A stretch of 64,000 nt of DNA, from positions 81,716,001-81,780,000 of the forward strand of contig OY740784.1 of assembly GCA_963514005.1 (NCBI GenBank), in the 5' to 3' direction. This stretch comes from Raja brachyura (lineage: Eukaryota). A model generated the notes under the pieces. The model was not told where the DNA came from, did not search any database, and saw only the letters and a list, made by a program, of their open reading frames with translations. The stretch's first letter is position 1. Every line of letters starts with the position of its first letter. Position numbers and translations under genes: made by a program. Below are positions 48,977-62,002 of the stretch, one piece after another.

Positions 48977-49536
48977 AGGGCCTGTCCCACTTGGCCGTCA
49001 TTCGCGTGCCATTTACACGACCTGCTATCATGTGGGTAGCGCTTGGGTAGCGCGGGACGGGAGCATGGAGTGGTGTGGATGAGTGTGGAGTGGCGTGGAG
49101 GAGTGTGGACTTCGTCCTGCACTAAATATTCGAGCGCCACCGGCCTGTCGCGTAACTGACGGCCAAAGTGGGACAGGCCCAACAGCAGCAGAAGCAGGCA
49201 AACGATCGCCGAGCTCGGCCTGGGGCTCACAGCTGTTGCACATCCGGATCTGCCCCCACTCCTACTCCCAGAGTGGGGCCAAGATGATTGGAGATAGCAG
49301 AAAACAGAAAACAGATTGTTTCCCATACTGAAGAAGAGTCTCGACCCGAAACATTATCCATTCCTTCTCTCTAGAGATGCTGTCGGTCCCGCTGAGTTAC
49401 TCCTGCATTTTGTGTCTATCTTCAAATGACGTCACGCGCTCCAGATGGCTGTGTGGACGCATGATGACGTGGGCGACCGTCGCGCGTCAGTCACTACCGC
49501 CTGTCGCATAAATGACGGACAAGTGGGACAGGCCCT
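48977..49536. mobile_element. PIF/Harbinger-type MITE #7 with an extra internal right end
   Basis: TAA|AGGGCCTGTCCCACTT ... AAGTGGGACAGGCCCT|TAA; internal AGTGGGACAGGCCC at 49167-49180; pLTR fragment at 49328-49424. Confidence 0.9.
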
Positions 49537-49689
49537 TAAGTAATAAGAACATGAACATTCATTTACTGTCTCCCCTTGAAATATTACAGTTGTAAAGAGT
49601 CAACATATCTGACGCCCAATGATTGGAATCAATGGCTTTAATGCATGAGTGGAAGTTATCTTGTTTTTGTTTTAAATTAAAAGTGTTTG

Positions 49690-50450
49690 AGTAAACGGAC
49701 AGATCAGGCAGCATCTCTGGAGAACATGGATAGGTGATGTTTCAGGTTGGGTCCCTTCTACAAACTGATTGTGGTTGGGTTGGCGGAGGTGGGGCGGTGA
49801 GAATGCTGGAAGATAGGAGGGGCAGGCCAAAGCCTGGCAAGTGATATGTGAAGACAGACACAAAGTGCTGGTGAAACTCAGCAGGTCAGGCAGCATCTGT
49901 GGAGAAAATGAATGGGTGAAGATTCAAGTCGGGACCCTTCTTCAGAGCGTCAGAAAGAATAAAAGTTAAATGAAAGAGTGAAACACAGAAGACATTCAAT
50001 GACAAAAGGGGTGATGGTGAAGAGAAAATTAGGTCTAGGAAGCACTTCAATTAGGAATAATTAGGTGAAATGCACATGAAATTTGGAAGGAGTGCCAAAA
50101 TAAGAGTACAAAATGCTGGATATCTGAAATTACTAAATGTGGCATTGTTACGAAGGCTTTAATGGGTCTTGAAAGAAGATGAGGTGCTGCTCCTCAAGCT
50201 AGTTTTGAATTTCATTGAACAGTGTAGGAGACAAAGGCAGAAGGGTCAATGTGCGTGTCAAGATTTAAGCTGAGTGGCAATCAGAAATTGGGCCATAGAT
50301 ATGAACTACAAGAAGGTTTTCTCCAAAAGGCCTCACCAGATGGAGAAGACCACACCCACCAAGTACTAAATGCGAAATCCAAACAAGAAGAAACACAAAT
50401 GATTCGATGCTTCACTCAAAAGAAGTGCTTGTGTCCTGGATGGTGAGAAG
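49690..50450 (-). mobile_element. Decayed Penelope-like fragments (pLTRs plus GIY-YIG remnant)
   Basis: pLTR copies at 49690-49950; GATGAGGTGCTGCTCCTCAAG (reverse complement encodes LEEQHLI) near 50180-50200. Confidence 0.6.
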
Positions 50451-53400
50451 GAAGGTGTGGTGAATTAAACACACACTAAAAACCAAAATGGCTTCAATGA
50501 AATGGGCGGGGTATTGTTGCAGTATTTCGAGAACCTAGGTATAATTTGTTGAAATTATTGGAGAGATAAAACTCCTATTTCTAAGGAAAATTCTAAGCCG
50601 ACATTTGCCACGAAAATACAATTGCAGCCTTTGTCAGTGATTTCAAGTGACTGATTGGCTATAGTCAGCGTCTTGAATAAACCTTAACTAATATTTGCAT
50701 GTGAAAAGAATCAGATCTTTCAGTTAATATCCGAGCCTTGTCAAGCCAGTTTTGTCACAACATTTACACATCTCTCCCAGATCTGGTCAAACTGACCTTT
50801 TTACTCTGTCCCTAATCCACATTTTAAAATTGTATTGATTGTCTTAAAAGGACTTCTGTTCTTTCACTTGCAGGTATGAAAATAAGAAAAACAAAGAAAA
50901 TAAGAAAAATAAGAAAATAAGAAATAAGATCTCGAATGCGCACAGCATTAATGCTTAGAAAACCTCGATGCTGAACATTGAGGGGCAGAGTCCGGTCAGA
51001 ACACCCCTCAAACAAGGGAAGGGATATCACCTCAGGGTGCCACAAGTGACAAGGTGTTTTGTTTAAAGATAAGTGCGAACACTACTGCGTTTGATACTAA
51101 TGAATGTATAGACGCTGAGATTGTCCGAAGAGTTTTTTCACAGTTTTTGTTTTGTAAATATATATTTTTTGAATAAAGTTGATTTTTGGGAAACAGTCTG
51201 TTTTCTGTTTTTTTAATAGAAGTGAACTAATTTATTGTAAGGTAGGCATGAACCCATGAATATTGAATTAATTTTTACCCCACACAACGCATTGAACAAA
51301 TAAATTTCAAACAAGAACCTCCCGTTAATATTCACAGTACTTTAAGGAAAACATCCCTTGCCAACCCGACAAAAGAGAACAGCTTAATTAGCCATTCAAC
51401 ATATTGCTCTTTGTGAGGTCGTGCTGCGCAAAACTTGGTTGTGCCTGCATTTGAAATAATGCACAACCCAAAGAGCTTTAAAGGCTTAAGTTAGCAAATC
51501 ATCACATAAAAAAATAGATCCATAGAGCTCTCTATTTTCACCATTAAACAATTGCTCATTTACTTATTCCTTTTGCACAGTCAAATTTAATTGTGATAAG
51601 TTTCTGAATTCTGGAGTAACTCAGCATCTCTGAAGAACACAGAAAGGCAACATTTCGGGTCAGGACTCTTCTTCAGACTCCAGCACTTTGAATCTTTTTT
51701 TATATACCAGCATCTGCAGTTTCTTGTGTCTCTATGATAATTTTCAGTCCATGTCATCACACTCTGGAAATTGAATTGAGTACTACCTAACATGATGCAC
51801 TTACACACCTGCTGTGAGTTCTGGATGAAAGCTGATGCCAATTCATCTTGAAACTCTCCTTCCAGAGCTTAGTAGAGAATTAGACTGTCGAGCCACAAGA
51901 GACTGCAGCTGCTTGAATTTGGAGCAAAATACAAGCTGTCAGACAACAACAAAGGGAAACATCCTCTCTGAATCCAAACTTCCATCCAATCAAGCCCCGT
52001 AAAACGTTTGTATATTTCAAAGAGCTCACCTTCATTCTTTTAAACTTCAGAGAATACAGGTTAATCTATTTAATCTCTCCTCGCACAGAAAATGTTCCAC
52101 CTCCAGAATCAGTCTAGTGAATCTGTATTGAAATCCAATTTCTCTGAATTTTCCTATGGACCCCTGTTCCACTACAACCCCCCCACCCGCACCCACCCGC
52201 CCTCGACCCACACCTCCTGGTCTCTGCATTTTCATCACCAACCACCACACCCCATTAAGGTGAGGGGATACTGATCTTCATACTCCCACAACAATGCACT
52301 GATGTACGTACCATCAACCAAGAACCCCTCCACACTATGCTTTTACATTCATTATTACCAACCTCTTTCCCCAATTCCTCACATTCTTCATCCCCAGATG
52401 ATTTTCTTTCCTTTGCATTTTCCACACTGTGTAAATAAAGGAATGGCTAGTGGTGATCCGGTCCTAAAATTTGCAGTGTAGATACACTACGGAAGCGATC
52501 AGCAATGCAGTCTGCAACAATCATACAGCACTTCTCACAGCACACACTGCATTCTTATAGCCTATCTTCATAAGAGCACTCACTCTGTTAATGCTGACCT
52601 TGATTGTAATGTGCCTGTAAAGCTGCAGAAAAAGGAGTTTCATTGTTCTGTTCCCAGTGCAAATGACAATTAAACACTTTTGACTCTTGACTCCTGAATC
52701 TTGAATCTCCAGGCTTCCCAAGAAGACATTTCTAACAGGCTCACTGGTCCTTTTTGGAGAGAGAGAGAGAGAGAGAGAGAGGATGATGTCCTGAGAAGAT
52801 GTATTCCCAGCCTTTTCCATTTCTGCTTCCCATTTAATCTTATTCCTTTCTTTAAAAACAAAATCTTTGTTTCTGCAGGATTTTCAAATCTCCCAGATAG
52901 AAATCTGAAATAATTTCAATATTTATCAAATAATTATATCAATGGATTAAATGTTGGAGCAATAAACACGGGCAGCAACCTTGCAAAAGTTAACCAATTA
53001 TTTGTTCATTGTCCCTATTGCAGGAATGTTGATAGATCAGAGTAGACTTTGCCTGACAAACCAAGGAAAATGCCTGACCCTTCACCTCTTGCCCATCCTC
53101 CCCTACCATCCTCCTCATACACCCCTGCACCCGGATGCCTGTATAAACCACCCGAAGTCCATATTCTAAAGAACCGATGCATCTTGATTATCTGGAGCTC
53201 TATGTTAAATCAGAGCATCTCATCTGCTGTAGCCACGGACCAGATTACACCTCAAAACATTGGTGGTCAATATATCTAATCTTCAGCTTCAAGAAATATA
53301 TGCTTCTGTCTGGACTGAGCAGGGTTAAATGAGAAGCAGTACGCAAGAGTGGAGGGGGGGGGGGGGGGGGGGGGAGACTAATTCCCTGCGCTTTGAGTTA

Positions 53401-53838
53401 AAAAGATTTGATTATTTTCTAAACTGCGAGGAAAGTTCACCATTGAGACTGCCAGCTCTCTGGGTACTGATTAAAAAAAGTGTCGCGTAATAAAATTTTA
53501 GCCACGCTCTCCCTCTCTTATTGGTCGAGACAAATTATAAGCAATCTTAAACAATTTCAATATGTTTAATGGTCCAAAGTTAAGCTAAACTGTTCCACTC
53601 ACTGAGTAAAGTGCCAGATCCGTAAACGGAGATGCTCAGCTACCCCAAGAGTGTACTCATTTTAAATTTTGGTTGGAAGCGAGAATGTACATGTTTATAA
53701 CAATTTCAAGCAAAATGCTAATGTCATTAAACAAATGAGGTTTACGCAAATTAACTGCATTTTAATATTCCACAAGACTATGACACAGGACATTGTGCAA
53801 CGAAACATTGGCTAGAATTATCGGTTGCAAGCGGGTTT

Positions 53839-53970
53839 NNNNNNNNNNNNNNNNNNNNNNNNNNNNNNNNNNNNNNNNNNNNNNNNNNNNNNNNNNNNNN
53901 NNNNNNNNNNNNNNNNNNNNNNNNNNNNNNNNNNNNNNNNNNNNNNNNNNNNNNNNNNNNNNNNNNNNNN
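53839..53970. other. Assembly gap
   Basis: Run of N. Confidence 1.
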
Positions 53971-54051
53971 GTTACGCACACTGATCACTGTTGCAAAGTG
54001 GTTTTAACTTCTTCTCTGATGTTGCTCGTCTGGTGTATTTGGCAAGTGTGT

Positions 54052-54130
54052 GCACACAGACACACACAGACACACGCGCACACACACATACACACATACC
54101 CACACAACCACATACACACACATGCACATA
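54052..54130 (+). repeat. Imperfect (CA)n microsatellite
   Basis: Seen directly. Confidence 0.9.
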
Positions 54131-55147
54131 CTAATCTGGTTTTGTTAGCACTTTTGAATTTCAATGAACCGTTTGAACTCTGCCATCAAGATTTAATTAT
54201 TTTCGGAGAGAAAAGAAATAAAAGTCTGTGCTAAGGCTTCCATATGGCATGTTGGCACACACACTTGTCCAGCTTGGAGTGTGTAGCAAGATTTCAAACA
54301 AGAGGCTTCTTCACCAATGACAACCCCCTCCCTTCCCCGTTCCTTCCCCACTCAATGTTTACAAATACAGACCATATGAAGCATCCCAGGAGAGGTTACC
54401 AGGAGACCATTCAGATGCTATTAGGTCCAGATGAGTTGATTTTTACAATGCTGCCGTGGCGATAATGTTCTGGTGTCAGAGGGAGAGAATGCTTACACCG
54501 CATTCCGTAACTTTCTGACAAACAAAAGAAAAACTTGGGACGGCGGATGAGGAGTAGGTAACCCGGCTAACCTGGATGGGGAAGCCGACCGCTATTCACA
54601 GTGACAAGTCAGTGCACAAAGGTATTGACACTAAGGACGCCAAATGGGTCGCTGAGTTGAAGCGTGTTCAGAAAACAGCCTCCCTGTCGTGAGTTTGGCA
54701 AAACAGGCGCGGTTGTTGTTCAAATTGCAGGGTGAAGCCCGATCCCCTCATTAGCTGGCTCTCTGAGCTGCCTGGTGTATTGGCAAGCTAGTGGGACTGA
54801 AAGACAGTGGTGGGAAAAGTGCCAGTGTGGAGAACACTCAACATCACAGCATTCGCTGACCTTGCGACAGACCACGATCAGAGCAAAACTCAGCCAATAC
54901 AAATGGTTCAGACGTTGCCTCAGTGGGCCTAACAATTGCCTTCCATTTGGTGCGTCTTGGGTTCAATTCCTATTCCTGAATGACGGAGCACAGAAGCCCA
55001 TGATGATGAAGCAACTTCGTGCCAACGAAGTGCCATACTGCCTGAGATGCTGTGTTTGGATAAGATGTTAAATCAAGCTTTGCATATCTTGTCAGACATA
55101 TACATGGGCTCTACTTTGGAGAACACTTATTGGGTGAATGCAGGGCA

Positions 55148-55925
55148 GCGGAATCAAGAATTAGAGGGCACGGGTTTAAGGTGGGAGGGTTCATAAGGTC
55201 ATAAGGTCATGTGATAAGAGTAGAATTAGGCCATTCAGCCCATCATGTCTACTACCCTACTCAATCATGGCTGATCAAGAGATTCCGTTCCTAACCCCAT
55301 TCTCCTGCCTTCTTCCAATAGCCTCTGACACCTGTACCATTCAAGAATCTATCTATCTCTGAAAGGGGAAAAGGGAAAGACTTAATAGACACCTGAGAGG
55401 CAACATTTCACACAGAGGGTGGTATGTACATGTACATAGGAACAACCTACTAGAGGAAGTAGTTTAGGCAGGTACGATAACAACATTCAAAAGTCAATGG
55501 GCGGCACAGTGGCACAATGGTAGAGATGCTGCCCTACGTCAGAGTTCTGGGTTTGATCCTGACTGTCGATGCTATCTGTACGGAGTTTGTACATTCTCCC
55601 TATGGCCATGTGGGATTTCTCCAGATGCTCAGGATTCATCCCACGCTCCCAACACATTCAGGTTAGTAGGTTAATTGGCTTCAGTATCCCTAGTGGGCGT
55701 AGGTTCGGGTATAGGCTGTTTGCTGGTTGGGGCGGACTTAGTGGCCTAAAGTGCCTGTCTCTGCGCTGTGTGTCTAAAATCTAAAGTCATTTGGACAGGT
55801 ACATGGATAGAAAACATTTAAAGGGATATGTGCCTAAAGTGAGCAAATGGAATTAAATTGTATGGGGCATCTTGGCCAGCATAGACAAATTAGATCGAAG
55901 GGCCAGTTTTGGGCTCTATGTTTCC
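55148..55925 (+). mobile_element. CR1 3' end containing a minus-strand CR1 tail (~55191-55360) and a V-SINE (55497-55782)
   Basis: CR1 SRIRGHGFKV-type sequence resumes after each insert; V-SINE TSD AAAGTCA (55490-55496, 55783-55789). Confidence 0.8.
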
Positions 55926-56059
55926 TGACTATACAAAGTGAAATGGCCCTCCCAGTATCCTGGCCAATATTAACCTTCATGGAACATTAGTTTACTGATA
56001 ACCTTATGTCACATACTGTTGTTTGTGAGATCTTGCTTTGTTCGGTACTGGTTACCATC

Positions 56060-56827
56060 AGGGGTGCTGCACAATTGGCAGCCCCCCTCCTAACAGTCTG
56101 TCCGTTTTTTCATCTTTTATAAATGTTTAGTTTGTGTTAAAAGTGTGTATAAATGTATTCCGGTTTGTTTTATGTGAGGGGAGGGGGAGGGCATCGGGGC
56201 AAACTTTTTTTCAGTCTCCTACCTTGCCGGAGATGTGATTAATTTTTGGGTCGCATCTCCGGTCGCCCTGTGGCCTACCATCAATGGAGCTGGAGGCCTC
56301 CTCGGACTGACTTGAGCCCCACCACGGGGCGTGAACTTAACATCGGAGCCGATCCCTTGCCTGCGATCGCTCCAACCGCGGCCAACTGCGTACTTACCAT
56401 CAAGAGCTCGCAGTCTCAGGAGAGGCCGAGTCGGGAAGCTCTAACAACGCCGAGGCTTGACCAGACCCATCCCGGGATCCGATTGCCGGCGCGGGGGGGC
56501 TGACATCCCCCCCCCCCCCCCGATAAAGGAGCTGATTGACCCGAAGCGGAGGGCCCAAACGCCGCCGGCTACCGGAGCAAAATGCATCCCGTCAACTGAG
56601 GGCTCGAGGCCCCTGACTGAGGGAGAGCAAACAAGGGAAGAACTTCTTTTTGCCTTCCATCACAGTGAGGAATGTGGAGGAGTCACTATGGTGGATGTTT
56701 ATGTTAGAATGTATTTTGTGTGATTCGTTGCTTTTTATTTGTATGACTGACTCGGCAAATTAAACTCCTCGTATGTTGCAAAACATATTTGGCTAATAAA
56801 GTATTATTGTGATTGTGATTGTGATTA
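56060..56827 (+). mobile_element. Full-length GC-rich SINE-like element
   Basis: Same architecture as 2625-3378, including the TCCATCACAGTGA..TCACTATGGTGGA hairpin; tail AATAAA..(TTGTGA)n; same tail also at 48000-48060. Confidence 0.75.
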
Positions 56828-57229
56828 GCACATGATAGTTCTTTAACGTTTGTGACTCTGTGAGTAACTAACTTGGGGGTGTGGTGGAAGATAAGTAAAG
56901 GTTCTGATTCCAGTGATGGGATGCATTTGCACAAGGGCCCCCAATGTAAGTACTTGACTCATTGTAATACAACACAGATGCTACTCTCCATGCTACTTTT
57001 AATTCCTCGTGCTTCTTGGTTGCTGTCCCTTGTTCTGGAAATGCAGCAGCTCAACTCCATTTGCAGTGAATGCAGGTGAGGACAGTGCAGCCTAGACAAA
57101 ATTTCCTGTGTAGAAATCAGACTAATACACTGAAAACAAGCAGGCCAGCAATTGGCAAAGGAGGGAAAGTTCTTGTTTCAAAAATTATCATGTTGCAAAA
57201 TGTTTTACGGCCACTCATAAAGTTGCTTA

Positions 57230-57510
57230 GGGCAGTACTGTGGCGCAGTGGTAGAGTTGCTGCCTTATAGCACTAGAGACTCGGGTTCGATCCTGACTAT
57301 GCGTGCTTTCTACATGGAGTTTGTACGTTCTCCCTGTGATTGCATGGGTTTTCTCCAGGTGCTTTGGTTTCCTCACACACCACGTATAGGTTTGTAGGTT
57401 AATTGGCTTGGTTAAATTGTAAATCGCTTGTGTATGGGGATCGCTGGTCGGCGTGGACTTGGTGGGCAGAGGGGCCTGTTTACGCACTGCATCATTAAAG
57501 TCTAAAGTCT
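57230..57510 (+). mobile_element. V-SINE (HE1-like)
   Basis: TGGCGCAGTGGTAGAG A-box, GGTTCGATCC B-box, V-domain. Confidence 0.9.
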
Positions 57511-57544
57511 ACAAATATAAAAAAAGACGTTTGAAATACAGCCG

Positions 57545-57955
57545 TGACATAAAGCAGAAAGTGCATTGGTTAATCTCCTTCCCATAAACACCAATGTAAC
57601 TAAGAACCATGAATACATTTTAGTGATGATGATTGAAGGATAAGTACTGACTGGGACACCGGGAATAAGTCCCTTATTTTTCAAATTGTGCATGGACACT
57701 TTTACATCCATCTGAAGTAACAGACAGGACCACAGCTTCTTTAATGTACAATTTATGTATAATTTATGTTTTTATGTGTTGTCTGGGTCGGTGATGCTAC
57801 TGCAAACAAGGTTTTCATTGTACCTGTACATCGCTGACATTGTGCTTATGACAATAAAGTCGATTTGACGACTTCTGAATGTACGGCACTCCATCAGTAC
57901 TGTACTGGAAAGTCAGCTTGGACTAATGAACTCAAGAGCAGAGCAGCCAAGGCCA
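57545..57955 (-). mobile_element. Ancient Deu/SacSINE1-like SINE (interrupted)
   Basis: TTTTACATCCATCTGA..CAGACAGGACC; GCACTCCATCAGTACTGTACTGGAAAGTCAGC. Confidence 0.6.
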
Positions 57956-60537
57956 AAACCACTGGCAGAGGTCAGAATTCAGTTCTCGAAACAAAAGACG
58001 AGAGCAAATTAACTATTAATCTGCATTCACCGAACGTGACCTTTAAATATTGACGTTGGAGGTTTCGCCTTGCAAGTGAGTTGTCAGGACAACCCTGGCA
58101 CTCTGTCAGACTTATTTCATACAAGCACCCTATATTTAAACATGTTTAAAAAAAATGAATGCTGCAGATTCTGGAAATCTGAAATAAAAAGAGAAAGTGC
58201 TCATTCTGATGAAGGTCAGAAATGTTAACTGTGTCTTCTTTCCACAGTTGCTACCTGGATCTTTCCAGCATTTTCTTTTTTACTTAAATATCTTGCTCTT
58301 CCTGAATGATGCCTGGAGAGTAACCCACCCAATATAGTAGGATGTGCACTATGAGTGTGAACAATATCAGCATATTGGATCATTAGATGTCCATGTTATG
58401 ACTGAAAAACAGCTATAAAGACAATCTGGCCCATTACACAGGATCTTATGACCATTACTATAACTGGGTCACTAAGCTCTGAACTGCAAAAGGACTTTGT
58501 TAAACTGTGGTTTTAGTGCCAGTGAAAAAGTATATCACTGTGCATCACATTATTTTATTACTGGAAGCAAGATTTTCAGCTTTTGTGACCAAGGGCATTC
58601 CTGCTCTGAAGCTGCCCCAGCTTACTAATCATTGATCAACCTGCTTTTACATCAACCTGTGTTCTTAACACAATGGACTGGCATAATGAGGATTAGATGG
58701 CAGTTCATGGGGCCAGCTCACACATTCTGCAATCCTTCAACATTTCTAACCCATGATAAATGAGGTAGCACATAAACAGCAAAATATTAATCATGTTTTA
58801 TGCACATTTTGGGAGTTCCATCTGAGAATTCATTGTACTGCTTGTCCTTCACCAGTAAAAGTTTGTGCCGCTTTTAAAATGTTAAGTCATTTTGTGATGT
58901 ATGCTAATTACTGTACTGATGGCTCCCACCAAAATTCAGCTCAAGCCTTCAGAGTACAATGGAATCGAATTTAGACAGGTAAATTATATGATATATTACC
59001 CAGCAGATGGCAAAGACTGAGATAAAATTATACATGCGATATGTTACCTCCATGCATTTTATGTTAATATTAACTGTTTACAGCAAAACAAAGCACTTTT
59101 TCTTTGTGTAAGAAGAAAAAGTGCAGATCAACACAAAAAGCTGTAGTAACTCAGTGGGACAGGCAGCATTTGTGTGCAGATGCTGGTTTAAACCGAAGAT
59201 AGACACATAAAACTGGAGTAACTCAGCGGGACAGGCATCATTTCTGGAGAGAAGAAATGGGTGATGTTTTGAGTCGAGACCCTTCTTCAAACCCTTCTTC
59301 AGCCTCACAAATTAATGGTCCAGGGTATATGTACTACAGGCGAGATAGAGATGAGGGTAAAAGAGAGAAATTTCTTACATTAATTAAGGAAAACATCACA
59401 GATGTAGTCTGAGTACATTACTGAGGGATCATCCAGTGAGGCTAGGAGCTGAGAAATGAGTGCTGGAGTAACTCAGCGGGTCAGGCAACATCCCTGGAGA
59501 ACATGGATAGGTGACGTTTTGGGTCAGGACCCTTCTTCAGTCAGCAGCCATTCAAGCTCCTTTTGGACTTGGCTCCTGTCTTCCCGTCTGTTTGGTCAAT
59601 GGAATTTCCCTGGATAAAATGCATTTTAGTTAACCTTAAGTATTAGAATTAGGCCCTTTATACTTCCTCTGCCATTCAATAAAATCATGGCTGATCTTAA
59701 ACCATAGCATTACTTTTCTGCATTTGGTCCACACCCCTCATTTCCCTTAATGTCTGAAATCATGGAATTTTCAGTAATTATTGAACTGTTTCTTGTAACA
59801 CTAAATTTCCGGGTAAACCATCAGTAGGTGTAGAATCTAGGATTAATACAGCTGTTGTCTCACTGCATAGTCAATTACCAGTCACTCATGTGCTCCCTGT
59901 ATAACGTTTCATGGGACTTAATTGTTAATCGAGGAACTTTCATACACGTGAACTCGTTACAGACACCAATATGCCTAATTGGTTGTCTTAGTTGTCTGTG
60001 CTCTCTTGTTGAAATTTCCCAGGCCATCACAGAATAATTGCTGACACTTAAAAAGTGCATTTGCTTATTTATTTGAAGCTTTGCTAGTGCTTAAATGTCA
60101 AGCAATTAGCAACCATAAGGTATGCACCTCTGCTTAAGGTCCAGAAAGGGAAGAAGGATCAGTCTAATTAACTATCAGAAGATCTAGGTAATATCACTGA
60201 TGGGTGCTGCAATCTCCAAGGTGCCTTTTTTGGATGAGATATTAGTCTAAGGAACCATCTGCCTTCTCAGTTGGGCAAAAAATTATTGGAAGAAGAAGGG
60301 GAAGTCACCACCAATTCTGCTGACTGGTTAGCACGCAACAAAAAGTTTATCACTGTACCTCGCTACACGTGACAATAAACTAAACTGAAAACAATATTCA
60401 ACCCACAGTCAACATCTCAGATTGTCAGATAATTTGTTTGATTGTACTTTGGCTGTGAACAGAATGACTGTTCTGTTTCTTATATTGCTAGTGACCATAA
60501 TTAGTTCATTGGTGCGAATGTGCTTTGGAACATCTAA

Positions 60538-60792
60538 AGGGCCTGTCGCACTTGGCGATTTTGCCAGTGTCATATCAGTGTCGCCAAAAGATTTTGAGCA
60601 TTTCAAAATCCAGCGGTAACAAAAAAGTGGTTGTGACACTTGAAAAAAAACACGCGTCATACGTCATCACGCCGTGTCACCGCCGCGCCATACGTCATTA
60701 CGCCGCATCACACCGCGTATTTTTCAGTGACATGATACGTCAGTCAATTATGCCGGCAGTCGCCGAAAAAATCGCCAAGTGGGACAAGCCCT
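60538..60792. mobile_element. PIF/Harbinger-type MITE #8
   Basis: TAA|AGGGCCTGTCGCACTTGGCGATTTT ... AAAATCGCCAAGTGGGACAAGCCCT|TTA. Confidence 0.9.
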
Positions 60793-61589
60793 TTAAAAAG
60801 TGCCGCAACATCAAAGTCTTCAATCCCTATCATCTGAGTGGATGCATGAATGTATGATTTATAATTTTCATAGAGTATTTCAGTTGGTAACATGACCCCA
60901 GTTGGGAAAATCACAAAACTGCAGGTGCTGGAAATCAGAAGCAAAAACAGAAAATGCTGGAAATATTCAGCCGGTCAGGCAGCATCTGTAGAAATAGTAT
61001 CTGTCAACCTTTCAACTCTGCGACTTGAGTTTCTACAAAGGGTCGCAGATCCAAAACAATGACTGTTTCTCTGTTGCCTGACCCACTGTGTGTTTCCAAC
61101 ATATTTTGTTTTTGGCCCAATTTGTGTGTGTCCCATACTCGGGCTAGTTTTCAGCCATCATTTATTGTGCACGACGTCAGTGGAACTGCCAATCTTAGTG
61201 TTGGGGAGAGATATAGGACAGAAACAGACCCTTCAATCCGGTAAATCCACACTGACTGTCATCCATTCATTTACATTAATCCAATGTTAATCCCATTCTC
61301 CCTAAAAACTATCAATTTCCCCCTGATTCTGTCACTGACCCACACACTGGGGCTAATCACAGCAGCCAATTAACCAAGCAATCACATGACTTTGGAATGC
61401 AAGAAGAAACATGGTCACAGGGAGAACATACAAACTCCACAGAAGCAGTATGCAAAGAGATGATTGAAGTTGGTTCTCTGGTGCTATGAGACAAGTGCTC
61501 TAATGGCTCTACTGCACTGTGCCATCAAATCTTATGGCCAATATTCTTCCCAGTTAGTGAATATCCAAGTGGGGAAAATATCATTAAAT

Positions 61590-62002
61590 TATAAGACATT
61601 AGAGCAGAATTAGGCAATTCAGCCCACCAAGTCTGTTCTGGCATTCGAACATGAATGATTTATTTTTCCCTCTCAAGCTCATTCACCTGCCCTCTCCCCA
61701 TAACCTTTGACATCCATACTAATCAAGAACTTATCAATGTCTGATTTAAACATACCCAATGATTTAGCCTCCACAGCATTCTGTAGAAATTAATACCGCA
61801 GATTCACCACCATCTGGCAAAATAAATTCCTGTTCATCTCCATTCTAAACATGCATCTTTTTATTTTATAGCTGCGCCCTGTGGTCCTAGACATTCTCAG
61901 TGCCGGAAACATCCTCTCCACATCCACTCCTTCTCGGCTTTTCATTATTCAGTAGGTTTCAATGAGAATCCCCCTCATCCTTCTAAACTCCAGTGAGTAC
62001 AA
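61590..62002 (-). mobile_element. CR1 3' fragment
   Basis: Homologous to 6216-6975 and 63508-64000. Confidence 0.85.

Noticed and set aside
53020-53279. Acceptor-like site followed by a Pro-rich 76-aa ORF
   Set aside because: No recognisable domain; composition alone explains the ORF.
57230-57300. tRNA-like A/B boxes here and at other SINE heads
   Set aside because: They continue into the V-SINE body, so these are not tRNA genes.
58135-58150. TTTAAACATGTTTAAA palindrome resembling the MITE internal dyad
   Set aside because: No flanking TIRs; plausible by chance in AT-rich DNA.
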